The position numbers and the translations under genes are program-made. Positions 51,272 to 63,759 of a DNA stretch of 64,000 nucleotides are shown here, piece by piece. Location: positions 3,419,851-3,483,850 of the forward strand of contig NC_057757.1 in NCBI RefSeq assembly GCF_004010195.1. The letters run 5' to 3'. The notes beneath the pieces are model-generated. The model searched no databases. It had not been told where the DNA came from and worked only from the letters and a program-made list of their open reading frames with translations. The DNA is from Chiloscyllium plagiosum (taxonomy: Eukaryota). How positions within the stretch are numbered: position 1 is the stretch's first letter; each line of letters starts with the position of its first letter.

Positions 51272-51722
51272 ATACACTGTTCAAACACCAACTGCGCCTG
51301 GAGGACCAGCAACTCGGTGAAAGACACGCTTTGGTCTGTCCAAAACCTGTTGGGATTCCAGAACAAGGAGCTGACCTTGACCCAGTGTTACAGACTGGCA
51401 CATCCCAAGGTCTGGGACAATGTGCTGAGGGATGCACGAAGGCTTAGGGCAACTGTTGCTAAGGTGCAGTGGGGAAAGACCACTGTCTGAGGTCTTCCTG
51501 TCGAAGTTTAAGTGGGGGTCTGTTCAGTTATTGGACCCTCCCTGTGCCTCAAACGTATGTAACTATCATCTTGTAGGAGTAGGAAATGCCTTTAGTTTGT
51601 TTGATGGATGGAGTCAAACTCCAATGTTTGTTTCTTCATATGTAACTGTACAAACGCAAATTGCTTTATGTACGTATATAAAGATATTTTTATGACTAAA
51701 GCATATTTTTGAAATTAAAAAA
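51272..51722 (+). mobile_element. Tx1/L1 3' fragment, same family as 10045-10831
   Basis: Shared aactgcgcctggaggacc...aactcggtgaa segment and tatttttgaaattaaaaa end. Confidence 0.85.
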
Positions 51723-51928
51723 CATAGTGCACAGAAAAAGACAGGAGTAAACACACCCACAGACACACAACACTATTAAACTCGGAGTCATACATCCACA
51801 AATACTAAGCAAAGCAATAGAGACACATATTCTCTCAATCACACACACAGGCACAATGACAGATGGACACCCACACTTTTGCACAATTGATCTCTCTTGT
51901 TAGTAGCTCAAGGGTTACAGGTACACTG

Positions 51929-52126
51929 ATTCGGAAAGACGCTGAAAAATGTGTTGCTGGAAAAGCGCAGCAGGTCAGGCAGCTTCCAAGGAGCAGGAGA
52001 ATCGACGTTTCGGGCATGAGCCCTTGGATGCTGCCTGACCCTGCTGCGCTTTTCCAGCAACACATTTTTCAGCTCTGATCTCCAGCATCTGCAGTCCTCA
52101 CTTTCACCTAGTTAATTCGGAAAGAC
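51929..52126. mobile_element. Palindromic Penelope-derived insertion with 12-bp TSD in SERPINE1 intron 1
   Basis: ATTCGGAAAGAC at 51929-51940 and 52115-52126. Same family as 28529-28938. Confidence 0.85.
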
Positions 52127-52425
52127 TTCAGGGCAAATACTCACAGACCCAGGGAGACATGTACACACATGCAAAGGGGATCATACAGAGGGGCAGAGGA
52201 TCAGATTTAATATTAAACAGGAAGGCAAATACATACACACAGACACAAATTTTGTGTTAGGGACAAAAAAAACACACAAATTTCGTGTCAGGAATAAACA
52301 CGCACAAATATTGGGTCAGGAATAAAAACACACAAATGTACTGTCAGGAAAAAAAACATACAAATATAGTGTCAGAAATAACACACACACAACTGAAGCT
52401 ACAATGCTGCACATTGAGTACTTAC

Positions 52426-52525
52426 AGTACCAGGCAGTGCAGTGCTGTCTTGTCCTGTTCTCTGTTGGCGCTGTCTCTGTCGACAGTAGACTTTGTTCGA
52501 GCTTCAGTACAGCTTACAACTCTTA
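52426..52525 (-). other. SERPINE1: Probable non-coding exon 1 of SERPINE1 (TSS approximate)
   Basis: Donor GTACT|GTAAGT at 52425, about 125 nt downstream of a TATA-like box. Mammalian SERPINE1 also has a non-coding first exon. Confidence 0.7.
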
Positions 52526-52548
52526 TGCACCTCTCCTCCCTCCTCTGC

Positions 52549-52640
52549 CTTTTATGTTCCTCAGGACGGAAGCTGATTTGCTGAGTAAATCACTACTGCA
52601 CCAGAGTTCACGCCCCCTCTCCCCCACCCCCACCGTAGTT
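52549..52640 (-). promoter_or_regulatory. SERPINE1 core promoter: CATAAAAG TATA-like box, MARE/AP-1-like site, ETS core and GC/GT boxes
   Basis: Minus strand reads GGGGTGGGGGAGAGGGGGCG...TTTACTCAGCAAAT...CATAAAAGGCAG. The order resembles the human PAI-1 proximal promoter (GGGTGGGG, AP-1-like site, TATAAAAGG). Confidence 0.7.
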
Positions 52641-52759
52641 ACTGTAAACAAGACAATACAGGCTGTCTCATCCGTCTCACCAAACATACAGCACTGCCCG
52701 CGGGTCCTAGTGTCCGACAGAATCTACAGTTTAACCAGCTCAGTGTCACCGAGGGACAG

Positions 52760-53597
52760 TATTGGTGGGGACAGATCTGTCACTGTATAACCCTGGGGTA
52801 CAGTACTGGTGGGGATAGGTCTGTCACTGAATAAGCCTGGGGGACAGTACTGGTGGGGATAGGTCTGTCACTATATAATACTGGAATACAGTGCTGGTGG
52901 GGACAGGTCTGCCACTGTATAACACTGGGGTACAGCACTGGTGGGGATAGATCTGTCACTGTATAACACTGGGATATAGTACTGGTGGGGATAGGTCTGT
53001 CACTGTATAACACTGGGGTACAGTACTGGTGGGGACAGGTCTGTCACTGTATAACACTGGGGTACAGCACTGGTGGGGACAGATCTGTCAATGTATAACA
53101 TTGGGATATAGTACTGGTGGGACAGGTCTGTCACTGTATAACACTGGGCTACAGTACTGGTGGGGATAGGTCTGTCACTGTATAACACTGGGGTATAGTA
53201 CTGGTGGGGACAGGTATGTAAATGTATAACACTGGGATATAGTAGTGGTGGGGACAGGTCTGTCACTGTATAACACTGGGGTATAGTACTGTGGGGACAG
53301 GTCTGTCACTGTATAACACTGGGGTACAGTACTGGGTGGGGACAGGTCTGTCACTGTATAACACTGGGGTACAGAACTGGTGGGGACAAGTCTACTCGCA
53401 CTGTATAACACTGGGGTACAGTACTGGTGGGGACAGTCTGTCACTGTATAACACTGGGGTACAGTACTGGTGAGGACAGGTCTGTCACTATATAACACTG
53501 GGTACAGTACTGGTGGGGACAGGTCTGTCACTGTATAACACTGGGGTACAGTACTGGTGGGGACAGGTCTGTCAATGTATAACACTGGGATACAGTC
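52760..53597. repeat. 44-bp minisatellite (CTGTCACTGTATAACACTGGGGTACAGTACTGGTGGGGACAGGT), about 19 copies
   Basis: Direct tandem units immediately upstream of the SERPINE1 promoter. Confidence 0.97.
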
Positions 53598-54530
53598 CTG
53601 ATGTGGATAGAACTAATTGATCCCTCTTTACCTGGGACCGAACACATTCGAGAAACATGCGCCTGTAATTGCATTTGGAGACAGTGGATGGTGTTTTGCC
53701 CTGGTGGAGGAGCTGTCTTTCGGGTGACATCCTGATACCCAACCCCCCAGTTGTTCACCTAAAACCCCCCAGACACTTTTCAAGAACAGCAGAAAAATCC
53801 TTTCCAAAAGTCTGTCATCAGTTAACACCGATAAACAATCTGTCCATGACTTCAGTGTTGGTCGTGGGAGCTTCCTGTGCACAAAATGGCTGCTGCATCC
53901 CCATAGCCATAAGGACACTTTGCAAAATATACTGCAAACTGTACAGGGATGCCCTATGTTCGTGATCAGTCCCGCACAAGTGTCCAAATTTACATGGGGC
54001 GAAATGTTTTGTTCTCAAATACCCTTTACAATTTGCCACCGGATTTGCAAATTCTGGAGCCCTCAACTCACTGCTGGGCAAGCTGGGCAGATACTGATGG
54101 TCCAGTGTTTGATTTCAGAATGAACCTGCTCTCTCCTGTTCTAAAAGACAAGAGAGTTAACTTCAGGGACGCGGCTGTCTTTCCATCTGTTTCCACTAAG
54201 TGGCAGTAAAATGACCTTGCCCTTCCTCTCCCCACTTCCATACTATCCCGTCAGTGAACCAATGTCCAGGAACTGAGCAAGGGAAACAGTCCAGGGGTCA
54301 GTGTAGGGACAGTATGTTCCCTGTTTGTACTGGGGTTGGTGAGCTGTAGCTTGAGGGAGCATACTTTAATGGATTTTGCAGCGGTCTTTCCTGAAGGTTG
54401 CCGCACTCAGATGTTCTGTTCTTGAGAAATGTTCAAGAGGATATCCTCCTGGATCGAACCCAGCCCGCTGATATTCCGTTTCTTCAATTTCTCTCTTGAA
54501 CATGCTTTCTGTACAGTTTCAAAGGTGCCA

Positions 54531-54595
54531 GGCGACAGACAGACACGCACAGACAACCCTAATGTCTGCCCATGTGCTTAGACACGTGGTCAGCT
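54531..54595. promoter_or_regulatory. Candidate TGF-beta enhancer: cluster of AGAC/GTCT SMAD-binding elements plus a CACGTG E-box
   Basis: GACAGACAGACACGCACAGACAACCCTAATGTCTGCCCATGTGCTTAGACACGTGG, about 2 kb upstream of the TSS. Confidence 0.5.
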
Positions 54596-54794
54596 ATTTG
54601 CCTCACCCCACTATTTTGGTAAGGTAAACCAGGGCAGAACTTGAACAGTTAATGGTAGGCCCCTGGAGAGTGTTGACGCACCGAGAGACCTAGGGCTGCA
54701 GGTACATAGTTCCTTGAAAGTAGCATCCTAGATCGAAGTCATTTGGCATACTTACCTTCATCGGTTAGAGCATTATGTACAGGAGTTGAGATGA

Positions 54795-57052
54795 AACGTC
54801 TGGATAACATGGATACCTATGTCAGGCTTCTTATTTATTGACTGCAGCTCAACCTTCAACACTGGTACGTGTATGGAATCAGCTACCAGAGGAAGTGGTG
54901 GAGGCTGGTACAATTACAACATTTAAGAGGCATTTGGATGGGTATATGAATAGGAAGGGTTTGGAGGGATATGGACCAGGTGGTGGCAGGTGGGACTAGA
55001 TTGGGTTGGGATATCTGGTCGGCATGGACGGGTTGGACCGAAGGGTCTGTTTCCATGCTGTACATCTCTATGACTCTATGACTCTCTGACTATAATCCCA
55101 ACCAAACTCTGAGACGCAGGCCTCTGCAACCTCCCCCTTCACCACCTGCAACTGGATCCTCAGCTTCCTCACCCACAGACCGCAGTCAGTGAAGATAGCC
55201 AACTACGCCTCCTCCATGGTAATCCTCAAGGACGCCATCCCCCATCCACCATCCCACAACCAAGGCTGCATACTCAGCGCCCTACTGTACACCCCACACA
55301 CATACATGCACGCACATGCATGCACATGCACGCGCGTGCTCGCCACTGTGTGACCAAATTTCACCGGAACGCCATCTCCACGTTTGCTGAACACACCACC
55401 ATTGTAGGCTGGATCTCATACTCAGCGCCCTACTGTACTCCCCACACACATACACGCACACACATGCACACGCGTGCTCGCCACTGTGTGACCAAATTTC
55501 ACCGGAACGCCATCTCCACGTTTGCTGAACACACCACCATTGTAGGCTGGATCTCAAACAACGACGCGATGCAATACAGGAAAGAAACAGAGTGCTTGGT
55601 GCGGTGGTGCAAAGATAACAATCTCTCCCTCAGTGTTGGTGAAACAAAAGAGCTGCTCATCAACTTCAGGACACGGGTTGGAGGGCAAGCCCCTGTCTGT
55701 GTCAATGTTACTGAGCTGGAGATGGCCGAGAGTCATACAGAGAGATGTACAGCACGGAAACAGACCCTTAGGTCCAACTCATCCATGTCGACCAGATATC
55801 CCAACCCAATCTAGTCCCATCTGCCAACACCCGGCCCATCCCTCTGAACCCTTGCTATTTATATACCCATCCAGATGCCTTTTAAATGTTGAAATTGTAC
55901 CAGCCTCCACCACTTCCTCTGGCAACTCATTCCACACACGTACCATCCTCTTTTATATCTTACCCCTCTCACCATAAACCTATGCACTCTCGTTCTGGAC
56001 TCCCCGACCCCAGGGAAAAGACTTTGTCTATTTATCCTATCCATGCTCCTCGTGATTTTATAAACCTCTATGAGGTCACCCCTCAGCCTCTGACCCTCCA
56101 GGGAAAACAGCCACAACCTATTCAGCCGCTCCCTGTAGCTCAAATCCTCCAACCCTGCCGATATCCTTGTAAATCTATTCTGAACCCTTCCAAGTTTCAC
56201 AACATCTTTCTGATAGGAGGGAAACCAGAATTGCACACAATATTCCAATAGTGGACGAACCAATGTCCGCAACATGACATCCCAATCCCTGTACACAATA
56301 CTCTGACCAATAAAGGAAAGCATGCCAAATGCCTTCTTCACTATCCTATCTACCTGCAACTCCACTTTCAAGGAGCTATGAACCTGCACTCCAAGGTCTC
56401 TTTGTTCAACAACACTCCCTAGGACCTTACCATTAAGTGTATAAGCATCAAACTCCTAGCAGTGACAATCAGCAACAATCTATTCTTCACCACCCACATT
56501 GATGCAACGGTCAAGAAGGCACAACACAGACTCAGGAGGCTAAAGCAATTCAGCATGTCCATAAGGACCCTCACCAACTTTTCCAGATGCACCATAGAAA
56601 GCATTCTATCTGGATGCATCACAGCTTGGTAGGACAAATGCTCTGCCCAGGACAGTAAGAAACTACAGAGAGCTGTGAACACAGCCTAGTCCATCACCAG
56701 CCTTCCACCCATTGACTCCATCTACACCTCCCACTGCCTCAGGAAGGCAGCCAACATCATCAAAGACCCCTCCCACCCAGTTGTAATCTCTTCCAACCTA
56801 TTGCGCCAGGCAGAAGTTACAAAACAGATTCAGGAGCAGCTTCATTCCCGCTGTTATTAGACTTCTGTTTGAACTTCTCAAATTTCTAATCCAATGTTGG
56901 TCTCGCTCTGTGTTCACCTTTCTCTGCAGCCCATAACTTTATATTGCTTTGTCCTATTACCCTATGATCATTGTATAGTATGATCTGCCTGTACTGCATG
57001 TAAAATGAAACTTTTCACTGTACATGGGACAACAATAAATCAAATCAAATCA
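54795..57052 (+). mobile_element. Degenerate Rex1/L2-like LINE interrupted by CR1 insertions (plus strand about 54865-55085, minus strand about 55730-56425)
   Basis: RT remnants TYVRLL, PQGCILS.LLY, FAEHTTIVG (FADD-like), WCKDNNLSL. 3' tail (AAATC)n. Confidence 0.8.
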
Positions 57053-58382
57053 TAGCCAAGTCATGTTGTGGCTGTACAGGATATTGGCGAGGCCACGTTT
57101 GGAGCCCTGCATTCAATTCTGCTCTCCCAGCTATGGGAAGGATGTGAGCATTATCATTCCTTAGCTACCTCGCACATAAGTCAGCTCCCAGGTCAAATGT
57201 TACCATGCTACCGAATACTGTGAAGAGTTCTGGGCACCTGATTGAAGCGAAAATAGACAGAGGTTGGAGGCAGTCCAGAGAAGGTTCACTAGACTAAATA
57301 ATAGGAATGGAGATATTTTCTTATGAGGAGGGGTTGAGTAGGTTGGGCCCGTACTCAATGGATTTCAGAAGAATAAAAGGCGACCTTATTGAAACATACC
57401 AGATCCTGAGGGGCACTTGACTGGGGAGATGTGCAGAAGCCAGTTCCCCTTTGTGGGAGAGTCTAGGACCAGTGGGACATCATCTCAGAGTAGGGGTCAC
57501 CCAGAGATGAGGAGGAATCTCTTCTCTCCGAGGGGAGTGAATCCATGGAATTCTTTCCTGCAGAGGGCTGTCGAGGCTGGGTCATCAAGTGTATTCAAGG
57601 CTGAGATAATCAGGAAGGGATTGGAGGGGTAAGGAAAGGAAAGTGGAGCTGAAGATGATCAGGTTGGTCACAATCTCATCAGTTGACGGGCAGAACGACC
57701 TTCTTCTATTCCTACATCTTATATTACGCAGGCCGGTGAGCCATAGGCCAATCCTATTCCCTTAGTCCCAGCTATTTTCCAAAGAAAAGACTGGGAAGAT
57801 TCACTTAAAACTTAATTTTAGTGGCATGACCTTATTGCGAGAGGGATATGGGCCAAATGCTGGCAAATGGGACGCGATGAGTTTCGGATATCTGAGTTGG
57901 CATGGATGAGTTGGATCGAAGGGTCTGTTTCTGCACTGTACCTCTCTATGACACGATGATTAGTCCCTGACATAAGTAGCGTATCAGTCAGAAGAGTAAG
58001 GGAATACTCCTCACTTGCCCCTGGATGGGGGCAGCTCCAACAGCACTCAAGAAGCTCAACACCATCCAGAAACAAAGCAGCCCCCCACTTCATTGGCACC
58101 ACATCCACTCCCTCCATCACTGACGCTCAGTAGCAGTAGTGTGCACCATCTACAAGATGCACTGCAGGAATTCACCAAAGATCTCAGACAGCACCTTCCA
58201 AACCACGACCTCTACAACCTAGGAGGACAAGGGCAGCAGATACATGGAACAACATCCCCTGCAAGTTCTCCTCCAAACCCCTCCCCATCCTGACTTGGAA
58301 ATATATCAACCGTTCCTTCAACGTCGATTCTCCTGCTCCTCGGATGCTGCCTGACCAGATGTGCTTTTCCAGCATCCCACAG

Positions 58383-59685
58383 GTTTGGAATAGTCAGCAT
58401 GGTTTTGTTCATGAGAGATCATGTCTCACAAATTTGTTAGAGTTCTTTGATGAAGTGACGAGGAAGGTTGACGAGGGCAGGACAGTAGATGTAGTCTATA
58501 TGGATTTCAGTAAGGCCTTTGATCAGGTTCCACATGGTAGGCTGCATTGGAAGGTTAGATTGCATGGAATCCAAAGGGGAGCTGGCAAATTGACACACAA
58601 TTTGCTTAATGGTATGAAGCAGAGGGTAATTTTGGAAAGATACTTATCGGACTGGAGGCCTCTGACTAGTGGAGTGCGTCAGGGGTCGGTGCTGGGCCCA
58701 TTGCTGTTTGTTATCTATACCAATGATTTCGATCAGAATGTACAAGGCATGATTAGTAATGCATGATTTGCAGATGACACTAAAATAGGCGGCATCTTGG
58801 ACAGCGAGGAAGGTTAACAGAAATTGCAGCAGGACCCTGAACAACTGGGGAAGTGAGCTGAGAAATGCCAAATGGAGTTTAATATAGATAAGTGCATTTT
58901 GGAAAGTCAAACCAAGGTCGGAGTTTCATGGGGAATGGTAGAGCCTTAAGGAGTACAGTGGAACAGAGGGATTTTGGAGTTCAGGTTCACAGATCTCCGA
59001 AAGTGGAGTCACAGGTAGACAGGGCAGTGAAGGTGGCTTTTAACACACTGGCCTTCACCAGTCAGGGCATTGAGTGTAGAAGTTATGAAGTTATGTTGCA
59101 GTTGTACAGGATATTGGTGAGGCCACACTTGGAGTGTTGTGTTCAGTTTTGGTCACCTTGCTACAGGAAGGATGTTATTAAACTGGAAAGAGGGCAGAAG
59201 AAATGTACAAGGATTTTGCCAGAACTCAAAGGTCTGAGTTATAACGAGAGGTTGGGCAAGCTAGAACATTTTTTCTTTAGAGCATAGGAGACTGGGGCGG
59301 GGGGGAATCTTACAGAAATGTATAAGATCATGACAGGCATGGAGAGGGTGAATGCACTCAGTCTTTTTCCCAGGGTTGGGGAATCGAGGACTAGAGGGCA
59401 TCAGTTGAAGGTTAGAGGGGAAAGAATAAAAGGGAACTTGAGGGGAAACTCTTTTACACAGAGGGTGGTACACATATGGAATGAGCTGCCAGCAGAAGTG
59501 GTTGAGGCGGGTACACTAACAACATTTAAAAGGCATTTGGACAAATACATGGCTAGGAAAGGATAAGAAGGATATGGGCCAAGTGCAGGAAAATGGGGTT
59601 TGGATGGACATTTTGGTCGGAATGGACCAGTTTGGGCCAAAGGGCTTTCTCTATGCTGGAGGACTCCATGGTTCTACGACTCTAT
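58383..59685 (+). mobile_element. Longest CR1/HER1 fragment: RT domain to 3' end, frameshifted
   Basis: SQHGF..RSCLTNLLEFF, VYMDFSKAFD, SGVRQGSVLGPLLF, FADDTK. Confidence 0.95.
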
Positions 59686-60404
59686 AGTGTTTGAACAACT
59701 GCCTAATGTTGACCAGTTGTATTGGATCTGGAACAATTCCATCAGCCTTTATAAATAAGAAAATGTTAGAGTCAAGGCTATCTTCTTAAAATATATTGAG
59801 GGGGTCTGGACTGAAGAAACTGAAGAGCTTCAATATCTTCCCCTCCTGTGTCAAGGAAGGGCAGACACAGAGGAGCAGGGTAGACGGCTAAAGGGGTCTT
59901 GCTAAGGCCCCACGCAAGGCTAATTCCTGCATCCGAGAGACAAAGATACAGTTGGGTTCTTTGTGGGAACCGTATTCAGAGACTTTTCCTCATCATAATC
60001 ACCACCTCCAGTTCTTGGCTGACATCGCTGTGTGAGGTTAGAGCTCCTGTCTAATCCTTTTGTTTGTGTTTCCATGGTTACGCATAGTTTTTGAACTCTG
60101 AAAAAGCCTCAGATCTTGCTGTTGGTCAGCTAGGAACCAACCAATAGGAGAATGAGTTGGATGAGCTGAGACTGTATCCATCAAGTCCCAACTCCCCCTC
60201 GTAGTTCAAACCGCTCTTCCCACCTCCTCACTGTCATCCTCATGCCTACACTCAGTGTCTGGAGAACGAGACACCCAGCTGTTACCCACGTTCTCTTTTA
60301 ATTTACAGGAAATATGAGCCTTTCCGAAACTAACCTGCCCTCCCTTCTGAACATGAGGGATGTTCAGGCAGGGAAATTGAATGCTGGCAGAAAGCTGGTG
60401 GGTT

Positions 60405-60800
60405 TGATACAGAGTGAAACTCTCTCTACTCTGTCAAACTGAAAGTGAAACTAACTCCACACTGTTCCCATTGAATACTCCTAGGATAAGGATAGCACAG
60501 GATTATATACAGAGTAAAGCTCTCTCTACACTGTCCCCTATCAAACATTCCCAAGACAGGGACAGCGCGGGGTTAGATACAGAGTAAGGCTTCCTCTATA
60601 CTGTCCCCCTTCAAACACTCCCAGGACAGTGTTAGATACAGAATAAAGCTCCCTTTACAGTGTCCCCCATCAAACACTCCCCAGGACAGGGACAGCACAG
60701 AGTTAGATACAGGGTAAAGCTCCCTCTACAGTGTTCCCTATCAAACACTCCCAGGACAGGGACAGCACAGGGTTAGATACAGAATAAAGCTGCCTCTACA
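60405..60800. repeat. Minisatellite of about 70 bp, same family as 43975-44332
   Basis: Period 70 between gttagatac at about 60702 and 60772. Confidence 0.9.
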
Positions 60801-61069
60801 TGGATGCATGGAATGGAATGGAATGGAATATGCATGGAATGCTTTCCCAGCTGTGGTGGTGGAAGCAGAGTAATTGGGGACATTTAAGCGACTGCTAGAC
60901 ATGCACATGGATAGCAGCGAGTTGAGAGTGCGTAGGTTAAGTTACTCTATTTTACATTAGGATAAACCTCGGCACAACATCGTGGGCCAAAGGGCCTGTT
61001 CTGTGCTGTACTTTTCTATGTTCTATGTTCTACACTGTCTCCAAGCAGATTTCCAGTCTGTGGCACCAG

Positions 61070-61245
61070 CACAGAGGAGGCTAGAGAAATGCAGCAGGTC
61101 TGGCAGCATCTGTGGCGAGAGAAACAGAGTTAACATTACAAGTTTTCTTTGAAGGAAGGTCTCTCTCGACTTCAAACGTTAACTCTGTTTCCGTCTCTCC
61201 ACAGCTGCAGCAGCACCTGCTGAATTTCTCTAGCTTCCTCTGTGT
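61070..61245. mobile_element. Older palindromic Penelope-derived element
   Basis: Arms cacagaggaggctagagaaat / atttctctagcttcctctgtg and aacagagttaac / gttaactctgtt. Confidence 0.65.
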
Positions 61246-61464
61246 TTATGCTAACTCATAACGGGCCCTTATAAAATATCTCTCATACAGGATGTCTGTC
61301 TAATTATTGTAAAACTGCTTTGCCCTGACATGCCTCGGGCCTACCTCCATTTCACCTTGAGCGCTTTTGTTAAATCTCTCCTTAACTTTCTCAGCTCTGA
61401 GGAGAACACTGTCACCTTCGCTCTACTTCCTGATGCCCTTCAACTAATTCCTGGTCTGGTAAAT

Positions 61465-62840
61465 GTCATAGAGTCATCCAGCACAGAAAGAAACCCTTCA
61501 GTCCAACTCGTCCATGCCGACCAGATATCTAACTTAATCTCGTCCCATTTGCCAGCACTTGGCCCATGTCCCTCTAAACCCTTCCTATTCATCCACCCAT
61601 CCAGATGCCTTTTAAATGTTGCAATTGTTCCAGCATCCACCACTTCCTCTGGCAGCTCATTCTATACACGCACTACCCCTGCATGAAAAGGCTGCCCCTC
61701 AGGTCCCTTTTAAATCTTCCCCCGCTCACCTTAAACCTATGCCCCTCCAGTTATGGACTCCCCCACTCCAGGGAAAAGACCTTGTGTTTACCCTATGACT
61801 GCCCCTCATGCTCTAGTACGGCCACACTTGGAGTATTGTGTACAGTTCTGGTCACCGCATTATAAGAAGGATGTGGAAGCTTAGGAAAGGGTGCAGAAGA
61901 GATTTACTAGGATGTTACGGAAGGAATGTCTTACGAGGAAAGACTGAGGGCCTTGAGGCTGTTCTCGTTAAAGAGAAGAAGGTTGAGAGGTGACTTAATA
62001 GAGACATACAAGATAATCAGAAGGTTAGATAGGATGGACAGGGAGTGCCTTTTTCCAAGTATGGGAACAGCAAACACGAGGGGACACAACTTTAAAGTGA
62101 GGGGAGATAGGTATAAGACAGATGTCAGAGGTAGTTTCTTTACTCAGAGTGTAGTAAGGGTATGGAATGCTTTGCCTGCAATGGTAGTAGATTCGCCAAC
62201 TTTAAGTACATTTAAGTCGTTATTGGACAGGCATATGAACGTACATGGAATAGTGTAGGTGGGATGGGCTTCAGATTAGTATGCAGGGTGGCGCAACATC
62301 GAGGGCCGAAGGGCCTGTACTGCGCTGTAATGTTCTATGTTCTATATTAACCTCAATAAGGCCACCCCTCAGCCTCCGACACCGAGCCTATTCAATGTCT
62401 CCCTATAGCTCAAAACCTCCAAGCCCAGGAACATCCTTTTAAATCTTTTCCACACCCTTTCAAGTTTAACAACATCCTTCCTTTCTGGGGGAGGGGGTGA
62501 GATTGGAATTGAACACTGTATTACAAAAATAGCCTACCCAGCCTCTTCCTGTAGCTCAACCATCACTGCGCCCCTCCACCCCCACCGCCCCCCCCCCCAC
62601 CTGCCCCCCCAAACCCGGCAACATCCTCGCAAATCTTTTCTGCACCCTTTCAAGTTTCACAACATCTTTCCTATAGCAGGGTGACCAGAATTGAATGCTG
62701 GTGAGGACCAGAATAGGTGAGGACTGTATTCCAAAAGTGGCCTCACCAATGTTCTGTACAGCCACAACATGACCTCCCAACTCCTATGCTGAACACCTTC
62801 TTCACTACCCTGTCTACCTGCGACTCCACCTTCAAAGAAT
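61465..62840. mobile_element. Antisense CR1 fragments with a nested sense CR1 (about 61815-62345)
   Basis: ORFs 61440-61643 (minus), 61926-62258 (plus) and 62556-62881 (minus). Confidence 0.85.
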
Positions 62841-63759
62841 GCTTGCACTCTCATCAAAAACATTGAAATGGGATGCCCCAAAAAGAATACAGCTGCGGTC
62901 TAACCCAGGTTTTTTAATGGAAGATTTCAGGAGCCATTTAGTCCGGCAAGTGTTTGGTAAAGTGAATGGAATGTTGTTGATTGTTGCAAGAGGAATGAAA
63001 GCTAAAAGCAGAGAGATGTTGTTACATTTGAGCAGGCTATGTGTGAGACCACATCTGATGAGTTGCAATATGAATCATCCATTTCATATTCAAGTCCAGC
63101 AAGTGAATGACAAAGGCAAATGGAGCCTTGCCATTTATTGAATGGGCAATGGAAAGGAAATGTTATTTCCTTCGGCCCACTGAATCTGGGTTAGTCAAAG
63201 ATAATCATCTGATTATCCCCATTTTCCAGCACTTGACCCATAGCCTTGGCGCTCCTGACTTGGGGAAATATATCTTCAACATCACTGGGTCAGATTTCCA
63301 GAACTTCCTCCCAAATGGTACCTTGGGAGTTCCAATCATCCCAGAAGGCAGTTATTCTCAAATTAAATAATGGCGGACAATAAATTACACCCCCCCCCCC
63401 CCCCCTACCCAAACTAAGCGTCTACCCTACACCAAATGGGCTGCAGCAGTTCGAGAAGGCCGCTCGCAATCGCCACCTCCAGGGCAACGGAAGATGGACG
63501 ACAAATGGTGGCCCAGCCAGTGACGCCTAAGATGCATGGGATATATGCTATTGTGCGTTTATAAACATTAGTGAGAGTCATTGTGGACATGCTGAATTTC
63601 CTTAGCTTCCTGAGGATGTAGAGGTTAAAAATTAGATCGAGTCTTGGTTGATGAGAGATTCAAGATTGGCAGAGAGGAGGTGGAGGCCAGGCAGTAGAGC
63701 TGAGACCAAGTCGAATCAGTCATGTTCTTACAAACAGCAGAGTACACCGACTCATTGAG

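Noticed and set aside
52760..53597. CRISPR-like array or repetitive ORFs
   Set aside because: Direct tandem units with no unique spacers, no cas genes, eukaryotic context.
60068..60145. RFX X-box-like GTTTCCATGGTTAC plus CCAAT
   Set aside because: Isolated imperfect motifs with no associated exon or CpG island.
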